This document shows positions 41,593-50,168 of a stretch of DNA of 64,000 nt, one piece after another. Numbering within the stretch: position 1 is the stretch's first letter; the number at the start of each line of letters is the position of its first letter. The stretch is from contig DATJYA010000358.1 in the NCBI GenBank assembly GCA_035499835.1, positions 170 to 64,169 of the forward strand, given 5' to 3'. A program made the translations under genes and the position numbers. This stretch comes from Pseudolabrys sp. Lineage in GTDB: Bacteria > Pseudomonadota > Alphaproteobacteria > Rhizobiales > Xanthobacteraceae. The notes under the pieces are model-generated. The model worked only from the letters and a program-made list of their open reading frames with translations. It made no database searches and was not told the origin of the DNA.

Positions 41593-42069
41593 TCACGCCG
41601 GGAACAACTTGGTCAACGGCAACTGCGTCTTGGAGATCGGCGTCTTGAGGACGACGAAGCTGAAATACTTGTCGATGCCGACATCGAGATCGATCAGCCG
41701 TTCCATGGTCTGCTGGTAATCTTCGATGCCGGCGGTGACGAATTTGACGAGGTAGTCGTAGCCGCCGGAAACGAGGTGGCACTCGACCACCGAATGGACT
41801 TTCTCGATCGCCGCGAGAAACCGCGCGAAGTCCGACTGTCGATGGTTCTTCAGGGTGATCTCTGTGAACACGGTCAGCGTCTGGCCCAGCTTGGCGACAT
41901 TGATCAGGCCCGAGTAGCCGAGAATGTAACCCTCTTCCTGCAGCTTCTTAACGCGCATCAGGCAGGGGCTAGGTGACAAATTGACCAGCTCGGCGAGCTC
42001 GACATTGGTGATGCGGCCGTTCTTCTGCAGCTCGTTGAGGATCTTGATGTCGATGCGGTCCAGTTTCAT
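41593..42069 (-). CDS. Lrp/AsnC transcriptional regulator
   Basis: MKLDRIDIKILNELQKNGRITNVELAELVNLSPSPCLMRVKKL and ECHLVSGGYDY. Confidence 0.92.
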   Translation of the reverse strand: MKLDRIDIKILNELQKNGRITNVELAELVNLSPSPCLMRVKKLQEEGYILGYSGLINVAKLGQTLTVFTEITLKNHRQSDFARFLAAIEKVHSVVECHLVSGGYDYLVKFVTAGIEDYQQTMERLIDLDVGIDKYFSFVVLKTPISKTQLPLTKLFPA

Positions 42070-42317
42070 GGTTCGCCAAATAATATGCTGCCGGGCCCGG
42101 AGCCGCGGCACCATAGCATGCCGTTGCAAAATCGCTGCCATCGGCGCGGAATGGCCCCCGAATATAGCTAACCCGCAGGCCGAGAAGCGCCGGGCGGTCT
42201 GCGAGCCGGAAGATTTGGCGGCGGCCGCACAAGATTGCCGCATGAAATACTGTCAAGCTGCCGTATCCGGCGTCTCCGCCACCGCGCCCGGCGCTACAAC
42301 GGCGGCGGAGGTCCTCC

Positions 42318-43643
42318 GTGTCCGCACCGCTTCAAAAAATCCAGTGCTCTCAAGAGCTCCCGGCTGCAGCTGATGTCGTCGTGATCGGCGGCGGGGTGGT
42401 CGGGGCCTTCGCCGCCTATTACCTGGCGCGGCGTGGGGTCAGCGTCGCGCTGGTCGAAAAGGGACGGGTCGGCGCCGAACAATCGAGCCGCAACTGGGGC
42501 TGGTGCCGGCAACAGAATCGCGACGAGCGGGAGCTGCCGCTCGCCACGGCAAGCCTCGATCTGTGGGAGCGGTTTGGCCAGGACAGCGGCGAGGACACCG
42601 GCTTCCGCCGCTGCGGCCTGTTCTATCTCAGCAATGACGAGGCAGAGCTGGCGCGTTGGAGCGCCTGGCGCGATTTCGCCCGCGGGCAGGGAGTCACCAC
42701 GCATATGCTCGGCGCCGATGAGGCGAGCGCGCGCGCCAGCGCCACCGGACGGCGCTGGAAAGGCGGCGTGTTCTCGCCGAGCGACGGCACCGCCGATCCC
42801 TCGCGCGCGGTGCCGGCGGTGGCGCGCGCGATCATGACAGCCGACGGCAGCGTGCACGAGATGTGCGCCGCGCGCGGCATCGAATTTCAGGGCGGCCGGG
42901 TCAGCGGCGTCGTCACCGAGGCCGGCACCATCCGCACCGGGACCGTGGTGATAGCCGGCGGTGCCTGGGCCTCGTCGTTCTGCCACCAATACGGCATCCG
43001 CTTTCCGCAGGCCTCGGTGCGCGCGTCGATCCTGTCGGTGACGCCACCTGGCGAAACGCTGCCGGATGCGCTGCACACCGCCGCCGTTTCAATCACCAAA
43101 CGCGGCGACGGCTCCTACACGCTCGCGATCAGCGGCAAGGCGCGTGTCGATCCGACGCCGCAGCAATTGCGCTTCGCGCGCGCGTTCGTTCCGATGTTCG
43201 CCAAGCGCTGGGCGAGCCTTGCGCCCGGTAATCTCACCGGCTGGCGGGCCGGGCACGAAACCCTGGCAAAGTGGCGGCTCGACCGGCCGACGCCGATGGA
43301 AGCCAACCGCATGCTCGATCCGGCGCCGGACCGGAAGCAGATCGACGAGACCTATCGCCGGGCCTGTCAACTCTTCGCCGCGTTCAGGCATGCGAAGGTG
43401 GCGGCGCGCTGGGCAAGCTATATCGACAGCACCCCTGACGGCATCCCGGTCATCGGCGAGGTCGCGGGAAAACCGGGATTCATCCTCGCGGCGGGCTTCA
43501 GCGGTCATGGCTTCGGCATCGGTCCGGGCGCCGGACATCTCATCGCCGATGTGGTGACGGGCCGGACGCCGCTCGTCGATCCATCGCATTACAGCTTCGA
43601 CCGGTTCAGCACCGGCAAGGCCGGCCGCGTCTCGGACTTTTGA
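42318..43643 (+). CDS. FAD-dependent D-amino-acid/amine oxidoreductase (DadA family)
   Basis: IGGGVVG, EQSSRNWGW and GFSGHGFGIGP. Divergent from the Lrp gene. Confidence 0.87.
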   Translation: MSAPLQKIQCSQELPAAADVVVIGGGVVGAFAAYYLARRGVSVALVEKGRVGAEQSSRNWGWCRQQNRDERELPLATASLDLWERFGQDSGEDTGFRRCGLFYLSNDEAELARWSAWRDFARGQGVTTHMLGADEASARASATGRRWKGGVFSPSDGTADPSRAVPAVARAIMTADGSVHEMCAARGIEFQGGRVSGVVTEAGTIRTGTVVIAGGAWASSFCHQYGIRFPQASVRASILSVTPPGETLPDALHTAAVSITKRGDGSYTLAISGKARVDPTPQQLRFARAFVPMFAKRWASLAPGNLTGWRAGHETLAKWRLDRPTPMEANRMLDPAPDRKQIDETYRRACQLFAAFRHAKVAARWASYIDSTPDGIPVIGEVAGKPGFILAAGFSGHGFGIGPGAGHLIADVVTGRTPLVDPSHYSFDRFSTGKAGRVSDF

Positions 43644-44293
43644 ATCTGCCTCCGACCAGATGAGCGATTAACTAGTCATCTGGAATCCAAGTTCGCCACA
43701 TTATAGGAGAGCGCTCGGACTTTGAAAGGAGAGCGCTTATGGCGAACGCAGGTAGAAGCCCGCTTTCGAACAATTAGGACAAAAGGTGACCTAATAGCTC
43801 GGGCGGCCTGAAATCATTCCTCGTGTTTCCCCGGTGCTGCCCCAATCGCGGCTTTTGTCAAGGGACCAAAAATCGAGCAGAAATTCTATTTCAAAATCAA
43901 AAGACTAATGGCGCGCCGGAAGGAACAAAACTGCGAACACCTATGTGATTGACATACCGCTGTAATTTCGGCGCCAATTAACGCAGCAGGTCCGATCGGT
44001 CATTAAATTCAGAACTTACAGTGCGAACGGCCCAAAGTCAGCTCCGACGCTTATGAATACTGCAAAAAACGAACGAGCCGCTTTCCTTCACGGGATGGTG
44101 CTCGGTCTGCTCGCCACCGATCGGCCCGAGATTAAGGCATGCGTTCGAAATGTACCCAACAGCTACTCGTCGGCATTCATGCACGGTTTGGAGTTCGGCT
44201 TTCACGTAGACGAAAAAACGATGCATTAGCCCGCTGGTGGTGCACAGCCATTTGTCGGGCTGGCCAACGTGGATTACGACAATTGCACGCTGT

Positions 44294-44898
44294 CTAGGCG
44301 TAGCTCCACCTATACAAGCCGCAAGGGCGATCCTTGCGGCCGAAGCACCCAAACAGAAAACCGAATTGTTGGTAATCCTCAAAGGGTGTGCTGTCGTAGC
44401 TCGCAAGAACAACCGTCAAGGGCGATCCGCACTTCGGGCATGAGTGATCGATTGAAAAGTGCGTTTCTGGCGAAGCCTCAATGTCGTGGACCTGCGCAAT
44501 CAGATCTTCCTTGTCGATATTCATTTTTTGCTGTTTGACCGGACCACTAATCGTGATGTCAAACGCACGAATATCCTCCATCATCTTGTCGAAGTTCGAC
44601 TTCGGTATCTGCGATGCTAAGTGCGCTAGCTCGAAATAGGTTTGAAGCTCGTTAAGCGCTTCCGCAATAGTCACACGCTGGGTCGAATCGTTCGCTAGCA
44701 AAGTTCGGATAGCAGCTTCAATCCCATACGGCCCGCCGGACTGGGTGGGCGCGTTGGCTCCTGTTAGCGACATGACACGCGATACCGTTGACCAACGTGC
44801 AATTTCGAGGACCGTCTTTCCAAAAGACCATGCGTCGGATTTCAAATCGTAGCTGCTTGGCACACCCTCGACTTCAGGAGCCAAATAGTTCCACGTGG
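44294..44898 (-). pseudogene. 5'-truncated Hanks-type Ser/Thr kinase with C-terminal Zn ribbon
   Basis: TWNYLAPE (VIII), YDLKSDAWSFG (IX) and DSTQRVTIAEAL (XI) are present. Gly-loop, HRD and DFG are absent. C-terminal CPKCG...FGC...PC. AT-richer than the flanks. Confidence 0.7.
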
Positions 44899-44903
44899 AG
44901 AGA

Positions 44904-45090
44904 ATCTCTGCGCCCAATTCCCTGGTAACAGGGAAAATAACAGGGAATTTTCCAGATTTGCGGCTTTTGGGAGCCCGAGAGACGCAAAAAGCACCGACGG
45001 CATAGGCCATTTTGCCGAAATTCCTTACTCGGCATAACAGGGAATTATCTTAGTGAAACAGGGAGTCGTGGCGCGAGAACTGGGAATTTC
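44904..45090. mobile_element. Putative integrative-element end: phased AACAGGGAA array
   Basis: Copies at 44927, 44939, 45036, 45057 and 45078, the last three at a 21-bp period. Palindrome TTCCCTG-GTAA-CAGGGAA at 44918-44935. Abuts the kinase truncation point. Confidence 0.55.
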
Positions 45091-45247
45091 ATGGGCCGGT
45101 GTTGATATTCACTGGCCGACGAGTTTTTCGGCACAGAAGGCCTTGGGCAATGTCAGCTATTCGCCAAAAATTGCAGTGACTGTCATACCCACTTTGCGCT
45201 GAACGGCATCGACATCGTGCCTGGCCGAATGAAATTAAAACTGAAAT

Positions 45248-45688
45248 CTACTCTCCGCGGTCTTTGTACGAACCTCCGGCAACCCACGCATTGATCGTCG
45301 GACCGATAGCCGCGCCGGTGACAAGACCTTCGCGCCAATCATCGCTCGTTGGACGCACGATCAGCATCCAGCCATCACCGAACGGGTCCGTTGTCAGAAG
45401 GTCGGGCTTATCGACCAGCATCTCGTTCTGCGCCGCCACGGTACCGTCAAAAGCAGCGCGCGCTGCGCCGATCCATTTGCCGCCCTCAACCATCGCGAAC
45501 CAGCGTCCCTTCTCGAAGGCATGACCGATGCGCTTCGGCGTGAACACGAGAATCTCGCCCATCAGCGCCACAGCCCAGCTGGTAAAGCCGGTACGAAGCG
45601 TCCCATCCGTCTGCGGCTCGTACCAGATTTGGTTCTCGACATCGTAAAGCAGGTGCTCGGGGAAATCGTGATCTTGGATTTGGGCCAC
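45248..45688 (-). CDS. GcvH-fold lipoyl-carrier protein (LbpA-like)
   Basis: FPEHLLYD, GFTSWAVALMG, lipoyl-Lys motif VEGGKWIG (K71) and DPFGDGWM. GTG start. Confidence 0.8.
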   Translation of the reverse strand: MAQIQDHDFPEHLLYDVENQIWYEPQTDGTLRTGFTSWAVALMGEILVFTPKRIGHAFEKGRWFAMVEGGKWIGAARAAFDGTVAAQNEMLVDKPDLLTTDPFGDGWMLIVRPTSDDWREGLVTGAAIGPTINAWVAGGSYKDRGE

Positions 45689-45698
45689 GGTAACGCCT

Positions 45699-46076
45699 TC
45701 AGAAGGTGAGAACCCGGCATTCATCGCCCATGATGTCCTGGATCATGGCGGCGGCGCCCATTACACCCGTGCATTCCGGAATGAGATCGGCCTCGGACTT
45801 GTCGAACAATTCCAGGTTGGCCGGGCAAGCCCAAAACTGCGCGCCATGCCCATGCGCCTCTTTTATCCAATCGTAGACGGTCATGGGGTCGCCCGGTTTG
45901 ACATGTATCGCCGCGGCAACCCCTTTAAGCATGAGCTTGCCGGCGGTCGCAGTACACAAAACATCGACCTTATGATCCATCGCCGCCGCGACTGCCGCGT
46001 AATAGAACGGTGCGCCGAGTTCCTCGGCATTGCGCGGGTCCGTGTTAGCCAGGACAATCAGCAGGCGCCTAGTCAC
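45699..46076 (-). CDS. DsrE/DsrF-family sulfur-carrier-like protein
   Basis: 125 aa. PFYYAAVAAAMD, conserved FWAC Cys, GAAAMI and terminal VLTF. Confidence 0.8.
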   Translation of the reverse strand: MTRRLLIVLANTDPRNAEELGAPFYYAAVAAAMDHKVDVLCTATAGKLMLKGVAAAIHVKPGDPMTVYDWIKEAHGHGAQFWACPANLELFDKSEADLIPECTGVMGAAAMIQDIMGDECRVLTF

Positions 46077-46473
46077 GGCGGACTACCTCCGACCCAGCCT
46101 TTTCGCTTTTGCGACCGCCACTGCGGCGATAAGCGCGTCGGTGCTGATTCTCTTTTGCGAGCAGGCGTTCCTGCAGTACAAAATTTCGATGGCTGATAAC
46201 GGTTTCCCAGGCGAGAATTCCCGGATTCATATAAACCGTAGCACCTTCCAATCTGCGGCGGGCAATTTCAATTTTCTGCTTTTGACAATACCTGAGCCGC
46301 ACTTCGCGCGAGTTTTGATGACGACCAAGCAGTACCGAGCGCGGAAGGCGATAGAACCGCAGCGTATCAGGAATGTCGCCAGCCTGATGAAGTTCAACCA
46401 TTGCCGCGCTCATAGCAACGTTCCAGCGCGCCGGCAGCAGACCCGTATCCACTACCGTGAGCGAACCGGTCAT
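46069..46473 (-). pseudogene. Truncated/degenerate lipoate-protein ligase (LplA N-terminal half)
   Basis: DTG...NVAMS, TLRFY, VLLGRHQN and RRRLEGATVYMNPG (degenerate RRxxGGGxVYxD). Similarity is lost after about 95 aa and there is no catalytic KxxG. Confidence 0.65.
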
Positions 46474-46868
46474 TGCACCTCGACCTCGTCGACCCTGAGT
46501 CGTCGGCCCCATTTGTCAAAGAAATGGCCTTCATTGAGTGCGAGCGGGTCACCGTCAATGCGTGTTTCCAGCTCGCGGAGCTGCAGGCGCGCGCTCGGAT
46601 TGTCGAGTGGGCCGTCACGGGGGCCGGTCACCGGGAAGAACGACGCGCCGTCCCATTCCTGCCCGGAGCCGGCAAAAAGCACGGTGATTTCCGACCAATC
46701 GGTTTCATCACCGATGACGTTGAAATAGCTCGAACATAGCGGGCTGACAGTTGCCTCAGCGATTCTGACCAGCACCACAAGCGCGGTAAAGGCGCCGGTC
46801 CGAGCGAACTCTTCCGCCAGCCAGCGGTCAAAATCGGTCGGTTGCTTTGCGGAGTCAGAAATCGACAA
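46470..46868 (-). CDS. Hypothetical protein
   Basis: TTG start overlaps the upstream gene end and its stop overlaps the next ATG (ATGA). Protein-like acidic/aromatic sequence ending EGHFFDKWGRRL. Confidence 0.7.
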   Translation of the reverse strand: MSISDSAKQPTDFDRWLAEEFARTGAFTALVVLVRIAEATVSPLCSSYFNVIGDETDWSEITVLFAGSGQEWDGASFFPVTGPRDGPLDNPSARLQLRELETRIDGDPLALNEGHFFDKWGRRLRVDEVEVQ

Positions 46869-47316
46869 CGGGCGTCTCCGGCATGTAGTTTTCGAACAGG
46901 ATCCAGAACAGGTTCGGGTGGCTTTCGGCATACCAACGCTCGAATTCACCGAGCGCCGCCACCACGTCGGGCGGCGGCCCGTCCCCGCTTTGCGGTGGCG
47001 CCAGGCTTGCGAACATGGCCTGGGCAACGGGTGTGAAGCGAGACAACACAGCAGCGCGTGCGTCGCTGTCACTCGACCAGCCGAGCTTGGTTCGCAGCAC
47101 GGCGGTCGCAGCCGCGACTGCGATTTCCTCACTTTCGGCGCCGGCGATTGCGTCGGCAATGGACCGCATCAAATTGAACCGGCGGAACGCGAAGGCGCGC
47201 TCCCGCTCGAGCGCCTTGACGCGCGCCGCCACTTCGCGGCGGAATTCATCTTCCGCTATGTTCGCGCGTTCCGTCGCCTGCCGCAACACGTCGAGGAACG
47301 ATGGCCCGGGCGTCAT
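46855..47316 (-). CDS. Hypothetical helical protein
   Basis: GGAG RBS directly after the selB stop. 153 aa with coiled-coil N-terminus and FERWY...FWILFE...ETPVVDF C-terminus. Confidence 0.75.
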   Translation of the reverse strand: MTPGPSFLDVLRQATERANIAEDEFRREVAARVKALERERAFAFRRFNLMRSIADAIAGAESEEIAVAAATAVLRTKLGWSSDSDARAAVLSRFTPVAQAMFASLAPPQSGDGPPPDVVAALGEFERWYAESHPNLFWILFENYMPETPVVDF

Positions 47317-47328
47317 GTCGTTGCTCCG

Positions 47329-49380
47329 CTATCGTGGCGGAAGAGAGAGGGAGTCGAACCCACCAAGGACCGGCTCGCGGCCCCTCCCGGATTTGAAGTC
47401 CGGACGCCCCACCGGGGACGATTCTCTTCCTGAAGTGTCGACGCCGGCCTCGGCCGGCCAGCGAAACAGATCGAGGCGGTGCTTGTTGACGCGGCGCAGA
47501 TCGCCGCGGCGCAAGGTCACGCCATGCCGATCGAAAAATTCAAGAATCTGGATGGCGACCTTGCGGCCGTTGTCGAGGCGGTCGCGGAACTGCGCGGCAG
47601 CGAATTGTCCGTCGGCGGACGTGGCACTGAGGTCGACGATGATTTCCACCATCTCCGTCACGGTCCGGCGCAGAAAGAAATGATCGTGCGCCACCTCGTC
47701 CGTCCTTCCGATGCGCCCAAGCAGCTTGAGCAGGCGCCGCACGTCGGCTTCGTGCAACGCCAACATCCCGGCGATGTCGCGCACGCGCGGCGGGCGGAAG
47801 CGTTCGGCGCCGCCGATCAACGGCGAGACGCGCGCCCAGATTTTCTCATCGTCCGAAGTGAGCCGCACTTCGTGGCCAGCCAGCCGCACCCAGGCGCCGT
47901 CCAAAGCGATTTCCTTCTCGCGCACAAGTCCTTGTAGAATCGCCATAAATTCCGGCATTGGCAGTCGGGGCTGGAGCTGCAGCCGCAACCTTTCAAGGCC
48001 GATGCCCGGCAGATCGGGACTTGCCGCGTGAAAATCGTGCAGCGCCGCCAACAGGTCGCGCTTGAAACTCAGCCATACCGGCGTCGACAAGGCGACGATA
48101 CGCTCATCCACAGTCGCGGTGACGAGGCCGAGCCGTTCGGCAATCGCCTGCGCCTGCTCATCGGCGATGGCGCGGTCGCGGGCGAAAACCGACAGATCGA
48201 CATAGCGCGGCGCAATGTCCAGCAACGCCGCCAGCACAGCGGTCGGGTCGCCGACCGCACAAGCGCGCAACTGGGCCAGCCGCTCGGGCGAACGGCGCTT
48301 GCGCAATGGCGCGCGCAGATCGAGGAATTGGCCGCCGCCGATGGTACGCTGCGCCGTGGTGTCGCGCAGCACGAAGCGGTCGCCGGACGCCGCCGCGATC
48401 GGCCGGTCGAGCACGAGCTGGACCAGCGCCTCGCCGCCCGGCAAAATTGGCTCGTCGCCGAGGAGCACGATGCGGGCGCTGACGTCGGTTGCGGCATGAT
48501 GCAGACGCGCCGGCATCCATTGTGTCACCGGCTTCTGCTCGCTCGCCAGCAGCCGGAAGGTCGCGTCGATCCGGTCGGTGGGAGCATGCAGGTCCGGATC
48601 GAGTACCACCTGCCCGCGCGCGATGGCGTCCTTGGTGATGCCGTCGCCAGCAAGATTAAGCGCGCAGCGCTGGCCGGCGACGCCGCGGTCGCTCGACCTG
48701 TTCTGTGCATGAATGGAGCGCACACGCGCTACGAGGCCCGAAGGGCTGATCATGACGCGATCGCCCGTTGTCATCGCGCCGGAGAGCACCGTGCCCGTCA
48801 CCACCGTGCCGGTGCCGGGCAACGTAAACGACCGGTCGACGGCAAGGCGAAAGCGCTCGGCGGCGGTGCGGGCCTTGATCGGGCGCGCGGCGTCGAACAG
48901 CCGATCGCGCAAGTCGTCGACGCCGTCGCCGGTGACGGTCGAGACCGGAACGATATCGGCCCTTGCGAGGCTGGTGCCCTTGAGCAGTTGGGCGATGTCG
49001 GCGGCGACCTTATCGCGCCACGGCGGCGCCGCGAGGTCCGCCTTAGTGAGCGCGACGATGCCGCGCTCGATGCCGAGCAGATCGATGATGGCGAGATGTT
49101 CGCGTGTCTGCGGCATGACGCCGTCGTCGGCGGCAATGACCAGCAATGCGAAGTCAATGCCGGTAGCGCCGGCCAGCATGTTGTGGATGAATTTATCATG
49201 GCCCGGCACGTCGACAAAGCCGAGCACGGAGCCGTCCGGTGCCGGCAGGTAGGCAAAACCGAGATCGATGGATATGCCGCGCGCCTTTTCCTCCTTCAGC
49301 CGATCGGTATCGACGCCGGTGAGTGCGCGCACCAGCGACGTCTTGCCGTGATCGATATGGCCGGCGGTGCCGACGATCAT
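47329..49380 (-). CDS. selB: Selenocysteine-specific elongation factor
   Basis: MIVGTAGHIDHGKT, GISIDLGF, DVPGHDKF and the WH4 motif FRDRLDNGRKVAIQILEFFD. First in-frame stop is TAG at 47329. Confidence 0.96.
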   Translation of the reverse strand: MIVGTAGHIDHGKTSLVRALTGVDTDRLKEEKARGISIDLGFAYLPAPDGSVLGFVDVPGHDKFIHNMLAGATGIDFALLVIAADDGVMPQTREHLAIIDLLGIERGIVALTKADLAAPPWRDKVAADIAQLLKGTSLARADIVPVSTVTGDGVDDLRDRLFDAARPIKARTAAERFRLAVDRSFTLPGTGTVVTGTVLSGAMTTGDRVMISPSGLVARVRSIHAQNRSSDRGVAGQRCALNLAGDGITKDAIARGQVVLDPDLHAPTDRIDATFRLLASEQKPVTQWMPARLHHAATDVSARIVLLGDEPILPGGEALVQLVLDRPIAAASGDRFVLRDTTAQRTIGGGQFLDLRAPLRKRRSPERLAQLRACAVGDPTAVLAALLDIAPRYVDLSVFARDRAIADEQAQAIAERLGLVTATVDERIVALSTPVWLSFKRDLLAALHDFHAASPDLPGIGLERLRLQLQPRLPMPEFMAILQGLVREKEIALDGAWVRLAGHEVRLTSDDEKIWARVSPLIGGAERFRPPRVRDIAGMLALHEADVRRLLKLLGRIGRTDEVAHDHFFLRRTVTEMVEIIVDLSATSADGQFAAAQFRDRLDNGRKVAIQILEFFDRHGVTLRRGDLRRVNKHRLDLFRWPAEAGVDTSGRESSPVGRPDFKSGRGREPVLGGFDSLSLPPR
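47335..47430 (-). tRNA. selC: tRNA-Sec (UCA), 96 nt
   Basis: 8-bp acceptor stem GGAAGAGA/TCTCTTCC, 6-bp D stem with 4-nt loop, CTTCAAA anticodon loop, long variable arm, TTCGACT T loop and G73-CCA. Confidence 0.96.
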
Positions 49381-50168
49381 GGGGCGGGCTCCGGCAAGGG
49401 CGCGGCGGCGCGCGCCTCGGCCTGGGCAATGTCGGCAGGCGACAATGCGCAGTGCACCGCAAGGAAAAACTGGCCGGCTAGCGCCGAGCCGCCGGCGCGA
49501 GCCCGCAACAACCAGACAAAGGCCTCGACCGGATCGCGGCGAACGCCGGCGCCAAGGTGATAGGCCGCGCCGAGCATTGCCTGGCCATCGGCGTCGCCGC
49601 GTTCGGCGCCGCGCCGCCACCACATCACCGCCTGAGCGGCGTCGCGCCCGACGCCGAGCGCGTTGTGGTACAGCATGCCGAGGCGCGTCATCGAGGCGGC
49701 GACGCCCTGCTCCGCCGCCGCTTCGGCCCAACGGCGGGCCTCGAGGTAATCCGGCTCGGCGACTTCGCCTTCCAACAGCATCCAGCTCAGCATGTCCTGC
49801 GCCGGCCCGTCGCCCTGTTCGGCGGCCGCGCGGTAGTGCTCCACGGCGCGCGCGTAGTTCTGCTCGATGCCGTCGCCCTTGAAGTACAGCGCGGCCAGAT
49901 TGCGTTGCCCAACCGCATCGCCTGCTTCGGCCGCCAGCCTAAGCCATTTGGCGGCAAGGGCAGCATCGCGCTCTACACCCAGTCCCTCGGAGAAACAGGC
50001 GCCGACATTGTTCTGCGCCCGCGCCACACCGGATTGCGCCAACGGCCCCCAGATTTCGAGCGCGCGCGCGTAGTCGCCAAGGCTCGATGCCTCATAGGCC
50101 GCCGCCATTTGTCTGGCTATGCTCGCGCCGCCAGCGCGCGGCTTCGTCACCACATCAGGCCGGCGCAT
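49377..50168 (-). CDS. Sel1-like repeat (SLR) protein
   Basis: About five 36-aa repeats (AQNNVGACFSEGLGV, GQRNLAALYFKGDGI, LGMLYHNALGV, LGAAYHLGAGV). Overlaps both selA and selB. Start uncertain. Confidence 0.85.
   Translation of the reverse strand: MRRPDVVTKPRAGGASIARQMAAAYEASSLGDYARALEIWGPLAQSGVARAQNNVGACFSEGLGVERDAALAAKWLRLAAEAGDAVGQRNLAALYFKGDGIEQNYARAVEHYRAAAEQGDGPAQDMLSWMLLEGEVAEPDYLEARRWAEAAAEQGVAASMTRLGMLYHNALGVGRDAAQAVMWWRRGAERGDADGQAMLGAAYHLGAGVRRDPVEAFVWLLRARAGGSALAGQFFLAVHCALSPADIAQAEARAAAPLPEPAP

Noticed and set aside
44038-44538. Short ORFs in the AT-rich patch
   Set aside because: They overlap the kinase remnant or lack an RBS and recognisable motifs.
44918-45090. CRISPR array
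   Set aside because: Repeats are only 9 bp with 3-12-nt or irregular spacers, and no cas genes are present.
45248-45688. Glycine cleavage system
   Set aside because: No gcvP or gcvT nearby, and the motif (VEGGKW) and context fit LbpA-like carriers better.
46855-46857. Additional Sec read-through at TGA stops (46855, 45699, 58253, 59363, 60114, 61273)
   Set aside because: None falls at a Cys-equivalent motif, none has a SECIS-like stem at the right distance, and most abut the next gene's start.
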